A stretch of DNA of 64,000 bases from Thalia democratica (Eukaryota), in the NCBI GenBank assembly GCA_965202585.1, contig CBDBBG010000090.1, positions 1 through 64,000 of the forward strand, given 5' to 3'. The notes below the pieces were generated by a model that was not told where the DNA came from, ran no database searches, and was given only the letters and a program-made list of their open reading frames with translations. A program made the translations under genes and the position numbers. Each line of letters starts with the position of its first letter. Position 1 is the first letter of the stretch. Shown in pieces: positions 51,477-62,759 of the stretch.

Positions 51477-52167
51477 AACATTAGTTTCAACTAAGAAAAA
51501 AAGGGTTAGGATACAACACTGACTAATGATAAAACATCAAACATCTGTGATTCTCTTGAATTTTTAGTGAATATATTTAGTTTTACGGAATTGGCTGCTG
51601 GTTAAATAGTTCTTATATCTTTTTATTATTTATACAAATTTTGATTAAAAGAATCATTTTAAGAGTACTAACTTTTGCATTATTAGTTATGGTATTGTTT
51701 TTATTTAAGGAGTTTACAAACTTTTTAAACTCTAATATAACTAAGAAGTTTAAACTATTTATCAGGGGAAATAACCTTTTATTTTGTAATGAATGTAACA
51801 GTTACAAAATCTACATTTGACAATTTGGTTTTTAATAATATAAATTAAATTTACAGGTTGTATATTTTCAATTTTTGCCCCTGATAAATAGTTTAAACTT
51901 ATTTGTTATATTAGAGTTTAAAAAGTTTGTGAACTCCTTAAATAAAACCAATACCATTACTAATTATGCAAAAGTAAGTACTCTTAAAATGGTTCTTTTA
52001 TTCAAAACTTGTATAAATAATAAAAAGATATAAGAACTATTGAACCAGCAGCATTCCGTAATACTAAATATATTCACTAAAAATTCAAGAGAATCACAGA
52101 TGTTTGATGTTTTATCATTAGTCAGTGTTGTATCCTAACCCTTTTTTTATTAGTTGAAACTAATGTT
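51477..52167. repeat. Long inverted repeat (about 290-bp arms, 109-bp spacer)
   Basis: 51477-51768 is the reverse complement of 51878-52167 with few mismatches. Confidence 0.9.
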
Positions 52168-54080
52168 GTCGGATGCCTTTTGTTAAAAAAAACTGTTTTA
52201 TTCTTAAATATAGTTTTCCTACTTCAATGACCTAATTAGGTCAAATATTTACAATTAATTGATTGCAAGCAAATTTCTTTCGAAAACATCTTGTTTCTTT
52301 TAAGTAGTAATTATTGTACTTAAATTTTATATTGTTTATACAATATAACTAAATTTTTTATAAAAATCCTCTTAAAAACAATTAAAAGATTTAACCTAGC
52401 TAAAAAGGTTAGGAATAATATTTTAACTGTGTAAAAACCTAACGTAAATTTTGTTGAAGGAACAAATATAAACGAAAGTTACAAAACTGTAACTAATCTT
52501 TACCAGGGTTTTTTAAAGTGGTTCATAAAAAGAAGTTTAGGGGACCATAAGCAGCAAAGGGGACAAAGAGGGATCATAAGAAGTAAAGGGGCTTAGAAGA
52601 GGGAGATCAAACTATGTATGATATTAAGGCGTAGTTTAAAACTTTAACTAGATATTCTTGAGTTATTGGTAGATAGCAAAAATGTTTTGATTTTATTTAA
52701 GGGTATTTTTTGATTAGTGTTGTCGGAGGGGGCCAAAGAGTTTTTTTTTAAGGAGGCCTTATAATAAAAAAATTAGGAAAGATTGCGATCTATACTGAAT
52801 CCCGCATCAATTTAAATAAAAGTTTTGTTTTCAGTAAACTGCGACACAATATCATCTAGATATTTAATTTAATAAAAAATAACAACGATAGCTGAGAATT
52901 AATAAAAAACTAATATCAGAATATATGTTCTTCTTAAAAACAAATTCAACATACTAGTAGCTTACACCTATTTTTTATATAAATTTTAATAAAAAAGTTA
53001 TTGATTTTTTATATTTGTATAAATAAAGTCTGTCTGTGTTGCCGCTAAAAATAACCTAGAGCTGCCTTTGATATAATTAAATTAGGTTAAAAAGAAAATT
53101 TTTCAATTTACTTGGTTTGCAAAATTTTTAGAATATATTTCAATATCTTTTTTACATAAACTGAATGTAAATGTGTGTTAAATGACGAACTGTATTTAAA
53201 ATAAAAAACATCGGACTGAAACATTACACTATAAAGTTTTGATAAATTTTTCTTATTGACTTTTAGTTAGTAAAACAAAAAAAAAAACACCAGTTGGTCT
53301 AAAACAAAAATTCATTTGATTATTTTCTATTTTGAACATAAACAGTATAGTTTAACTAAATTTAGAACTAATACAGTTTCTTTGAAATTCCAAATATTTA
53401 ATAACTATAAACACTAGTAAAAATATTTCAGTTTAGTAATATTGAACTAAGATAAGTATCGACTACGTAAACAACATCTAGATGTATTTGTTAGACCTGC
53501 AGTTAATCTGAAATTTACATACAATATCGTTTTAGGTATGTTATAAAAATGGAAGAAATTTACTGAGGTTTATGTCTTGAAAAGTCTTCATTACGCTTAA
53601 TCTATGAAAACAAAATAATAAAAAAATTATGTAATTTAGTGGAAAAGTGTTGACAAGCTTATTTATACCCGAAAAAAAGTGCTAACTATACAAAATAGTT
53701 TAAACTTAATAAACAATAAAAATAAAAAACCATTGTTGTCACTTGTTGACTAATTTGTTTATTGAACAAAAAAAAGCGCTCAAAACTTTTGGTTTTACGA
53801 CTTTTAAAGACTTAATCTAAAAATTTATTACTACTTTTAAAAATTTAGTCGTACTAAACAGAAAAAAAATAGCCTCAAAATTTTTAAATTCAATAAGAGA
53901 ACCATGAGTTTTTATATTTAGCATTAGACTAAAACCGTTATGAATGAAAAAACAAACAAGTTTTTGTGTACAATTGAACTTAGAAGTAAAAATAACTTCA
54001 AAAGATATGTTATTCTCTAGTATAACTTTACTTATTTAAGTCTCATTTAGGAAAGATGATCTATATATACTCTTCTTTTC

Positions 54081-54361
54081 TTATATATTTTCAAGTACAG
54101 TCATAGTTTTTCTAAGTGCTGGGAATAGTTGATCGGAAAGAACCAGCTTTCTAGCTTCAGTTACCCATTTGTGCCCCATTTCAGCACTTCTACGGTTGAT
54201 AGCTTCCAATAAAATACTAACTATGGAGCTTATATCTGCCTGTTGATAAGCTTTGACAAGGTCTTCATTTCCTTCAATGTTGAAGACCTGAACTATTTGA
54301 CTGATTAGTTTTGTAGATGGGGTCCACTGTGGTTCAAAGTACGACGTATCCCATTGTTGAT
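54081..54361 (-). CDS. Candidate terminal exon of the multi-homeodomain gene (about 93 aa, unknown helical domain)
   Basis: Acceptor ttttctag at 54363-54362, phase 1; open frame DQQWDTSYFEPQWTPSTKLISQIVQVFNIEGNEDLVKAYQQADISSIVSILLEAINRRSAEMGHKWVTEARKLVLSDQLFPALRKTMTVLENI*; missed by the ORF track. Confidence 0.65.
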
Positions 54362-55259
54362 CTAGAAAAACTGTATTTATGAGTCTACTTTCAAATTAAA
54401 GAAATACTTAATTATATTTTGTTAACATATTTTCATAAAAAAATTTGATACTGTAGAAGTTTTGTATAAATAAAGCTCTTTATTTAAGTTGGAATAAAAA
54501 AAGTTAAAAATAAAACTTTTTAAAACAAAACATTCTTCTATTTTTCTTTTAAACATATGTTTTAAAAATTTAAAAATTACGCTAATAATTTTAAAATGTA
54601 CGCTTACTTTATAGATTAAAGTAAGCGTACTTCACGGGACGCAATTTTTTATCCCCGGTTCTAACTTACTTGATAAAAACAAGAAACTATCATTAGTTTA
54701 AGTTTTCTTATTACACATATAGTCTTGTTTTTGACAAAAAAGACTTAAATAAATTAAAAAGTTTAGAATAACTGGTTTCTAAGATTAGTGTCTCAGTCTT
54801 TTCGGTTAAGTTTTAGTTGAAAGTATCGGGTATAGATCAGGGATCCCTAAAGTGAAATATATGACCTCTCTAAATGCTTCTGTATCTTACGTGGACCTTT
54901 AATTGTGAAGATGCCATAAGGAGCGAAAATCTCCAAAGGGGTTGAGATGCACTAACATACTTAATTATAAGTTTTACACTAGATACTTTAGAGGTGATGA
55001 TGTAAAGCAAAAAAAAAAGTTCTTATGTGTTTTTAAAGTAAATGTTTCGAAAAACCTTTATGAAGTCGTAAAAGCTGTTTTTAATTTTCTATAAAAGGGG
55101 TCTTATTTTAAAACCTTTTGCTAAACTACGGTACAGATAGTGCTTTATTTGATTCATTATCGAAAGTTAAAAGTGTACTATCTTTATTTATTCTGTGTTT
55201 TACATATTTCTCTAAACTAAACGTTGCTATGATTAATTTATTCTAATGACTGAACAAAC

Positions 55260-55343
55260 CTTTAGCTTGATGATTTACACTGTTGCTCCTGCAAGAGTGT
55301 GGTCTTGATTGCAAAAATGTATCATCAAGTTCCTTTTCTTCAG
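55260..55343 (-). CDS. 84-nt phase 1-1 exon, duplicate copy B
   Basis: cattgacag|..EEKELDDTFLQSRPHSCRSNSVNHQAK|gtttgt; paralogous to 57647-57730. Confidence 0.55.
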
Positions 55344-55586
55344 CTGTCAATGATTAGAAGTAAAACCATTATTAGTTGAGTGTCAATTGTAAATATAGAC
55401 GTTTTTAATTTTTTTTTACTTTATACAAGCTTTATGCATAATCAAAACGAAAACGATGAGCAAAATAAAAACAATAGTGAAATTATTTTAGAGAACTTGA
55501 AACAGCTTGACATAAAAAAAATCTTTATATTTCTAAGCTGTAATTAAAAATATAGCTTATGTATAACTTGATTGTAAAACACTTAC

Positions 55587-55694
55587 AATGTATTACATCC
55601 ATAAGATCATCCAAAAGTGAATTTCCATCATCGTCATCATTTTTATGATTGCTTTGTGAAATTAGTGGTGCCGATACTGTTTATTTAAATGGAT
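55587..55694 (-). pseudogene. 108-nt duplicate of the homeodomain exon's 3' end with an in-frame stop
   Basis: DPFK*TVSAPLISQSNHKNDDDDGNSLLDDLMDVIH|gtaagt versus NPSKETAFTSVNTQSNYINNEINDEDSLLDDLMDIID|gtgagt; TAA at 55683-55681 aligns to GAA. Confidence 0.65.
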
Positions 55695-57646
55695 CTTTAA
55701 AAACAGAATCAGTATTTGGTTTTATTTAAAAAAAAAATAATTGACTTAATAAATAAAAAATCTTTAATGAATCGTAATTAATGAAGTTACAAACAGTCAA
55801 TCTACTAGAAGAATAAACACAACAAATAACACAAACATTCTACAAGTTATTACATTCCTAATGTTCTAATAACTATTGAATTTAAAAATCTTAAATGTTG
55901 AAATATATCACACTAATAATAATTTTTTTTTTTAATTTGATTTGCTTATTGGTAACTGGTGGCTGAACTAAAAACACAAACATACGTTATTTTGATTTTT
56001 ATGAGGTTATTTGATAATGTTATAACGCTCCCTGGCGGTCATTTAAATACAAAAAATAAATATTTTGTACAGTCTTGCTATTTAAAAAATGTTCATTTTT
56101 ATAGGTACAGTTTTTAAAAAAATATGTAGCGATCAATATAAATTTAAACTGTTTTTTTTTTTTGTTTATTGAAGTAAATAATTAGAAATATGTACTTTTA
56201 AAAGGGAAAATATGTGTTCTTTTTTTCTAATGTTCTTCAAAAACCAAAAGTTTACTGAGCTTATCAATGCATATAAAACAAAAACTTTTAATAAATATAT
56301 ATATTTAAAAGTCTTAGGGAAATGGTTTTACTTAAGCGATTTATCAATTATTGAGATGAAAAAAAACTTTAAAATTATAAAACAGAAACAAAAACAAAAC
56401 TATACAGTGCAAAACTACTTACTATTTTAAGGTTTAACTTAAGTGAAGAATTTAGTAATTAGTTTTGAACTGGTAATTACATTTAGTAACAACAAGGGAT
56501 ACAAGAATGTTTAATTACTAATGATAAATATGTATATCTGAGTTTTAAAAATTTTGATTTAAAATTTTCATTTTAAGTTAATTAACTTTGCAAAAAAAAT
56601 TAGTAAAAACAGTATTGATCAAACTCACGCCTGTTTAAAATTTTGATAGCTACAACAGAATTCAAAAAAAATATTACAAGAATATATAGTTTTACACACC
56701 TTAGCAGTTGATTATTATTAGTTGATTTTTTTTTTACTTGTAAAACTTTCAAAAATCTGCAGATAAAAGGAAAGCGTCAATAAGGTTTTTATTCTGTGAA
56801 AATTTTATATTTTTAGATATTAGTTAATAAACTAATAATCTAGTAAAGTATTGTTATAAAGTTTTAGATTTTAGCTCACTTTTAATTTCACATATCCTAA
56901 ATTAAAAAATAAAATAGAAATGTTTAAACCTAAGATATGAAAGCTTATCAATAAAACTAAATAATCTTGCATCCAACGTTTTTATAAAATAAATAATTCA
57001 TCTACATTTACAAAGTTAACTACTTAACTTCAACCGTAAGATTATAGTTTGAGTTTTTTTTGGGGTTTAATTTTGTTTACATACTAAGACTTCAAACAAT
57101 CTCCTAAGTGTACATAATTTTTGTTGGCTTTTAAATATACTTTTTTGTGGTAACACAAAAATTTTATTAAGACAACACTCTATGAAGGTAGTATTTAACC
57201 CAGAAATATAATTATATGTGCTTTAATATAGCACTGGATAGTTTGAAAATTTAGAGCTTAATTGTAGTTTTTCACTAAAACATTTGTTACTACAGTATGC
57301 TTTTAACTAAAAAGTACATCGCAAACTGCAATTTGCTGAACTAGATTAAAACGTTATTTACAGAAACCAGATGTTAAAAAAGGTAAAGCTTAAAATTTTT
57401 ATATATTCATGCTCTTAAAAAAAAAACTTAAACTTGTAAAAATCTTAGGAGTAATTATATCTCAGATTAGATGAATCTTCTTTGTAAAGTTCGAATTATG
57501 AAACTTTAGTTTTTTGCTATATCTAGTTGCATCTTCAGATAGTATATCAACAAAAATATCAAGTATATTTTCAAAATTTAAAATAAATAGTTTTATTTTT
57601 AAACTAAAATCTGGTAATACTAATTAAATTTAGTAATTAAACAAAC

Positions 57647-57730
57647 CTCTAGTTGGATGATTTTCACTGTTGTTTAAACTATTGTGTTTTCTTGGTAGCA
57701 AAACTTTATCACCTAACTCCATCTCTTCTG
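57647..57730 (-). CDS. 84-nt phase 1-1 exon, copy A, following the homeodomain exon
   Basis: cattaacag|..EEMELGDKVLLPRKHNSLNNSENHPTR|gtttgt; phase compatible with donor at 58009. Confidence 0.65.
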
Positions 57731-58009
57731 CTGTTAATGAGTGAAAATAAGGTTATTACTTGAATACAAATAATCTTTTACATATTCATAATTTGTATTT
57801 ATTTATTTATATCGTCATTTTAATCTTAAGAAATTTAATTTATATTTATGCTTGATCATAACGATACGGATAAGATAAACACGATTGAAATAATAAGTTA
57901 TTAAACATGTTTCAAAAAACTTAAAACACACTAACATAAGAAAAAATCTTCATATGTTTAAGTTATTATTAACAATAAAGTAGATGAGCATTAAAAAAAA
58001 ATCACTCAC

Positions 58010-59455
58010 TATCAATAATATCCATCAGATCATCTAAAAGTGAATCTTCATCATTAATTTCGTTGTTTATATAATTACTTTGGGTATTTACTGATGTAAA
58101 TGCAGTTTCTTTACTTGGATTATTGAAAACAGGATCATTATTTGTCTCCATGTAATTGTGATGACCCTCATGGTCAATCTGTGGTAAACTTAAATTATTT
58201 TTATTACTAAACAATACCCCACTTCTATGACTTCCATTGTTGTTTTTAATAGTGAGTTCTCGTAGTTCTTTGCTATTGTCTGATTCTAGCTGATTTCTTG
58301 GTTTCTTAAAGCTTGTGCTTTGATCATCAACTAAGTTATTTTTACTCTTTTTATATCTTTGATGTTTAAACCAATTATTAATTTTTACTATATCCACCCC
58401 AAGATCTATGCTAATTCTTTTCCTATCATCTAAACTTGGGTTTTTGCATTTTTCATACTCCATTTTCAAAATGGCTGTATCATCACAAGAAAACTTTTTA
58501 TACTTTTTTTGTTTAGAATAGTTTCTTCCTCCTGCTCTTTTAGACATGAACCAAAAATGTACTCTGAGCGCATAAACGCCAAGCTCTTTGCTAATTCTTA
58601 ACTTCTCTTCAGTACTTGGATACTTACATTTTTCATACTCCCTCTCCAAAAATTTTATCTCTTCAGAAGAAAAAGGTATATGCTTTTGTTTTCCATCGTT
58701 CTTCTTTTCTTTACAACTAGTATCTAGTTCTTTATTCGCATTGTAACGTCTATTGTAAAACCACTTGTATATTGTTATAACATCTATACCTAAATCACTG
58801 CTCAGTTTTTCTATTTCTTCTCTGTTAAGTTTCTTGTTAACTTTTAAAACCATATCAAGGGCTTCTTGCTGATATTGGTTAAAATATTTTTTTGAAGCGG
58901 ACTGAGCACGTCTACTTTTGAAGTATTTGTTTGTGTCATTTACGTCTAATTCTAAATCATTGCTAAGTTTTTCTATTTCTTCTCTGTTTGGCCTATGGTT
59001 TGTATTGAAAAACATATCAAGCTTTTCTCGCTTGTTTTGGTTAATTATTTTATTAGAAGTGTTACTTTTTCTCTTAAGGCTCTGTCTTTTGTTATTAAAC
59101 CATGTTTTTAAAGATTTTTCCGTTCGTTTTGTCTTAAGACTCAAACTTTTGATGTCTATTTTGCTAGGTTTGGATTTTTGTTTGAAAAAATCTTTCAAAA
59201 TTTTTTCTTGCCATGGTTTCAATGTTATATGTTCGTTGTGTTTTACTGTTTCTTCTTGCACTAGAGGTTGGTATTCAGTTTCTGTTCCTTTGTTTGAAGT
59301 ACTTGACAATGCTTGACTTACTTGAACACCTGGAAAATTATGAAGTTTGTTAGAAGTTGTCTGATCTACACATATCAAGGAAGAAGGCAAATAACTTATT
59401 TCTGGTATTAATTTGTCATCCGCTTTAGACTGACTGCTATCTGTGCTGCATGATC
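58010..59455 (-). CDS. Internal exon encoding five tandem divergent homeodomains
   Basis: Helix-3 motifs WFNNKR, YFKSRR, WFYNRR, WFMSKR and WFKHQR, each preceded by F..-L..-P/L-..-LS..LG spacing; acceptor tatatag 59457-59456 (phase 1); donor A|GTGAGT at 58009. No in-frame ATG before HD2, so an upstream exon is required. Confidence 0.88.
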
Positions 59456-59530
59456 CTATATATTAAATAAATAATCAGTTGATTGCCATACAGTGAAGTA
59501 TTTAAAATTTTAAAAAATATTGATTTAAAC

Positions 59531-59630
59531 NNNNNNNNNNNNNNNNNNNNNNNNNNNNNNNNNNNNNNNNNNNNNNNNNNNNNNNNNNNNNNNNNNNNNN
59601 NNNNNNNNNNNNNNNNNNNNNNNNNNNNNN
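59531..59630. other. Assembly gap (100 N)
   Basis: Run of N. Confidence 1.
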
Positions 59631-59687
59631 ACTGATTCAAAAACATCAAAATTCTCATTTGAAAACATTTAATCAAGAGCATTCAGT

Positions 59688-61187
59688 TCATGACTTTTGG
59701 TCTTCCTTCATAAGTGGCTTGTAAAGCACGTCCCTAATACTATTGGAACCAGTCAGCAGCATCAGCAACCTGTCAACTCCCAACCCCCATCCAGCGCAAG
59801 GAGGCAGTCCGTACTCAAGAGCAACACAGAAATCCTCATCATGCTTCACTGCTTCCTCATCCCCCAACTCCTTCATTTCCACCTGTCTCATGAACATATC
59901 CCTCTGAACAACAGGATCGTTCTGCTCAGTGTAGCAGTTCACCATTTCCATACCCTCTATATACAATTCAAATCTCTCAGAGACCCCTGGCCTGTCCTTG
60001 CATTCTTTTGCCAGTGGGCTCATCACATGGGGGTGGTTTGTGATGAAAGTGGGTTTTGTTAAGTTTTTGACAATAAAGTGGTCACAGAGTTTGTCTAGCA
60101 TCCTTGATGTGGTCTGAGGTTCAGGGCAGCTCACGGAATGGATCTGGCAGATTTCTAAAAGTCTTGTTCTGGATTCTTCTGTATGAAGTTCTTTTGGATC
60201 TGGTAGTTTGACGCCCATTTGTTTCTCCAGTTCAGGCATCATGTCAACTCTTTCAAAAGGAGTTTCAAGGTTATACTCTGGGCGGATTTCTTTGAAAATT
60301 CTAGCAAAGAGTTCTTCTGTCATGTGCATCAAATCATGGTAATCAGAATAAGCTTTGTAAGCCTCGCAAATTGTGAACTCTGGATTGTGTGATTTGTCCG
60401 CGCTCTCATTCCTGAAAACCTTGCCAATCTCAAAAACCCTATCAAATCCACCTACTAACATTTCTTTCAACCTCAGTTCAGGTGAGACTCTGTTGTACAG
60501 GTTCATCTTGAGGTCGTTGTGGAAAGTTTGGAAAGGTTTTGCTGCTGCTCCGCTTGCCACAGTTGACAGAATAGGAGTGGAGACTTCACTGAAGTTTTCC
60601 TTGTTGAAAAAATCACGGATTATTGAATTGAGTTTGGTTGGCACCAGCATTTTCTCATAAGAGGACTTGTTGACAATGGTGTCCAAGTACCTCTGCCTGT
60701 CTCTCAGTTCCTTGTTCTCCAGCTGTTCAGGTATGACCCTGGTGCAAGGAGCCAGCAGTTCAAGTTGATGGGGTATTATGCTCAACTCACCCATTTTTGA
60801 CTTTGCAGCAAAACCGCTGACTCCAATGTGATCACCACGCTTTATTTTGTCAACATCTGTGTGGAAGTCGTCTTCAGATTTGTACCAACTGCAGTTTGCC
60901 ATCACCTGCAACTTGTGATTGTTTGACTTGATGGTGTAAAAAATTAGCTTCTTGCCAGCCTTTCTCACCGACATGACTCTGCCTGCCAACTTGCACTTTT
61001 CTTCAAAAAGTTTGTCCCCGCTTTTTGTCATGTTATCATATTTGCAAATGTAGTCTTGTATTGAGTGTGAGCATGAGAATTTGTTGGAGTAGGGATTCAC
61101 ACCTTGCTGCTTCATTTGTGATATTTGCTTGCTTCTTTCAATGTGGTAAACTTTTGCTTTGTCAAGGATGTCATCTTTGGTGGTTAC
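59688..61187 (-). CDS. KARS1: Class II lysyl-tRNA synthetase, eukaryotic cytosolic type, divergent, single 1.5-kb exon
   Basis: OB-fold (AGRVMSVRKAGKKLIFY, LQVMAN, GELSIIP), GAAAKPF.T.HNDL, motif 2 FEIGKVFRNE..HNPEFT.CE.Y, MSPLAK, ERFEL, motif 3 LEYGLPP.AGWGLGVDRL. Frame extends 24 codons above the ATG to acceptor ttttatttaag (61189-61188). Symbol denotes family, not proven orthology. Confidence 0.93.
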   Translation of the reverse strand, partial: VTTKDDILDKAKVYHIERSKQISQMKQQGVNPYSNKFSCSHSIQDYICKYDNMTKSGDKLFEEKCKLAGRVMSVRKAGKKLIFYTIKSNNHKLQVMANCSWYKSEDDFHTDVDKIKRGDHIGVSGFAAKSKMGELSIIPHQLELLAPCTRVIPEQLENKELRDRQRYLDTIVNKSSYEKMLVPTKLNSIIRDFFNKENFSEVSTPILSTVASGAAAKPFQTFHNDLKMNLYNRVSPELRLKEMLVGGFDRVFEIGKVFRNESADKSHNPEFTICEAYKAYSDYHDLMHMTEELFARIFKEIRPEYNLETPFERVDMMPELEKQMGVKLPDPKELHTEESRTRLLEICQIHSVSCPEPQTTSRMLDKLCDHFIVKNLTKPTFITNHPHVMSPLAKECKDRPGVSERFELYIEGMEMVNCYTEQNDPVVQRDMFMRQVEMKELGDEEAVKHDEDFCVALEYGLPPCAGWGLGVDRLLMLLTGSNSIRDVLYKPLMKEDQKS

Positions 61188-61360
61188 CTTAAATAAAATA
61201 AAACCACTTTGTATTTGTTAGAGTTAATTAACTTGTACTAATTAACAAGCTCATACTTGAAACATCTTTTTAAGCTAAACTGGTATTTTTTGGCTTTGAG
61301 GAAATTCATTACAAAAAAAGAAGTTAGCTTATTTTCAGAATTTAAATTTGCAAACATAGT

Positions 61361-61552
61361 CAAGGTTGCAACACACTCAGAATAGTTTTCAGATATCTGA
61401 AAATCTCTGGCCAGTTTTTAGTGAATTTTGAATGAGATATAGTTGATTTAGATTCAATACTTTAAAATTTTATAATCAATTTAATTAAACAACTTATCAT
61501 TAATGTTAAACAACTTATTTTAAGATTTTTGACTCAAAGAGTGGCAACCTTG
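61361..61552. mobile_element. Short MITE with CAAGGTTGC TIRs, 6-bp TSD
   Basis: CAAGGTTGCAAC...GTGGCAACCTTG; flanks catagt/cattgt (5/6). Confidence 0.75.
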
Positions 61553-62759
61553 CATTGTACTTGAAGAAATAATACTTTTTTATCAATCTCAATAAAGTCA
61601 TAGAAGCTTCTTTAATTAGAAGTTTAACTAAATTCATCAAAATAATTTAAACAAATAAAAAGTTGGAAACTATTTAATAAAAATCTCAAAACGTAACGTG
61701 TAATGTTGTAGCCAACTAGGTTGAAGATTTTCAAAATAATTATACTTTGCATTAAATGTAGCTTAAAACCTTTTTTGTTTTTTCTTTAATATGATTTAAA
61801 TACTTTTAGAGAAACTATAATAAATATACCTTATTAGTAGTTGAAATGGCACGCAAAGTAGATTTTGTGTCAAATACTTTCCATAATGATTTTTGAACCG
61901 ATTTTAACATAACCAATTTATTAATTTCTGAAAAAAATATATCTTACAGTTTTATTAAAACAAACAAGTAATTAGGAAAGATACACTATTTCAATTGTCT
62001 TTTAATATTTAAAAGAATGTACACCACAAGTTTTTACCTTAGTGTTAAAAATAACACATTAGATTTTTTTTTCATGTACTATTTTAGCGAGCATTAGTTA
62101 TTATAACTATTAATTCCAGATAATATATTTTCCAGTAGCCTTTAAAATGCTTCTTTTTTTAGTTTAACAACTGACTGTGTATACAACAAACAAAAATCAT
62201 ATTTTTATATTACATTTACTAGACATCATTGAATTGGCTTTTGTATTATTGATAACTTATACACAAAACTAAATAGTAAAAAATGTAATTGCTTTGATCA
62301 AAAAAAATATTTTAGTTAAGTTTTTGAACATATGTTAAAAGTGATAACTTTACTTTAGTCATTAATTTGAAAAAAAACAGTTTTGCTTTACATCTGGAAC
62401 TATTTTTGTTTTTATTTTGTCAACCATTTTTTAATTTGTGTTATAATACTCATCATAACAAAATAATGTATTTTAATTTTAATAATAAGATTGATAGTAA
62501 ACTGTATCTTAAATACATATATTTTTAACTCGAATTTTAAAATTTTTTGATGATTAAAAAAATTTAGAGCTCTTAATAAGAACGGTGAAATGCAAAGTAA
62601 AAACTTCTATCTGAAAATAAAATCTGTAAATTGTAATAAAAGAGGGCTGAAAAAATATATACTTTTAGTCAGTTTTAAAATATTTAAGATATCTAACAAT
62701 GAAAAAACTAAGGTCCATATTTTTGTTTTGTAAAATTCAGTTTTTTTTTTTGTGTTTTT

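Noticed and set aside
52539-52605. G-run cluster as a G-quadruplex
   Set aside because: Loops of 7-15 nt; better explained as a short ~30-bp tandem duplication.
54770-54955. GC-richer segment between homeobox-gene candidate exons as another exon
   Set aside because: All three minus frames close, and I found no splice combination that keeps a frame.
58918-60660. Plus-strand ORFs opposite the homeobox and LysRS exons, and the ORF crossing the N gap
   Set aside because: Antisense shadows; the 59437-59682 ORF is an artefact of translating Ns.
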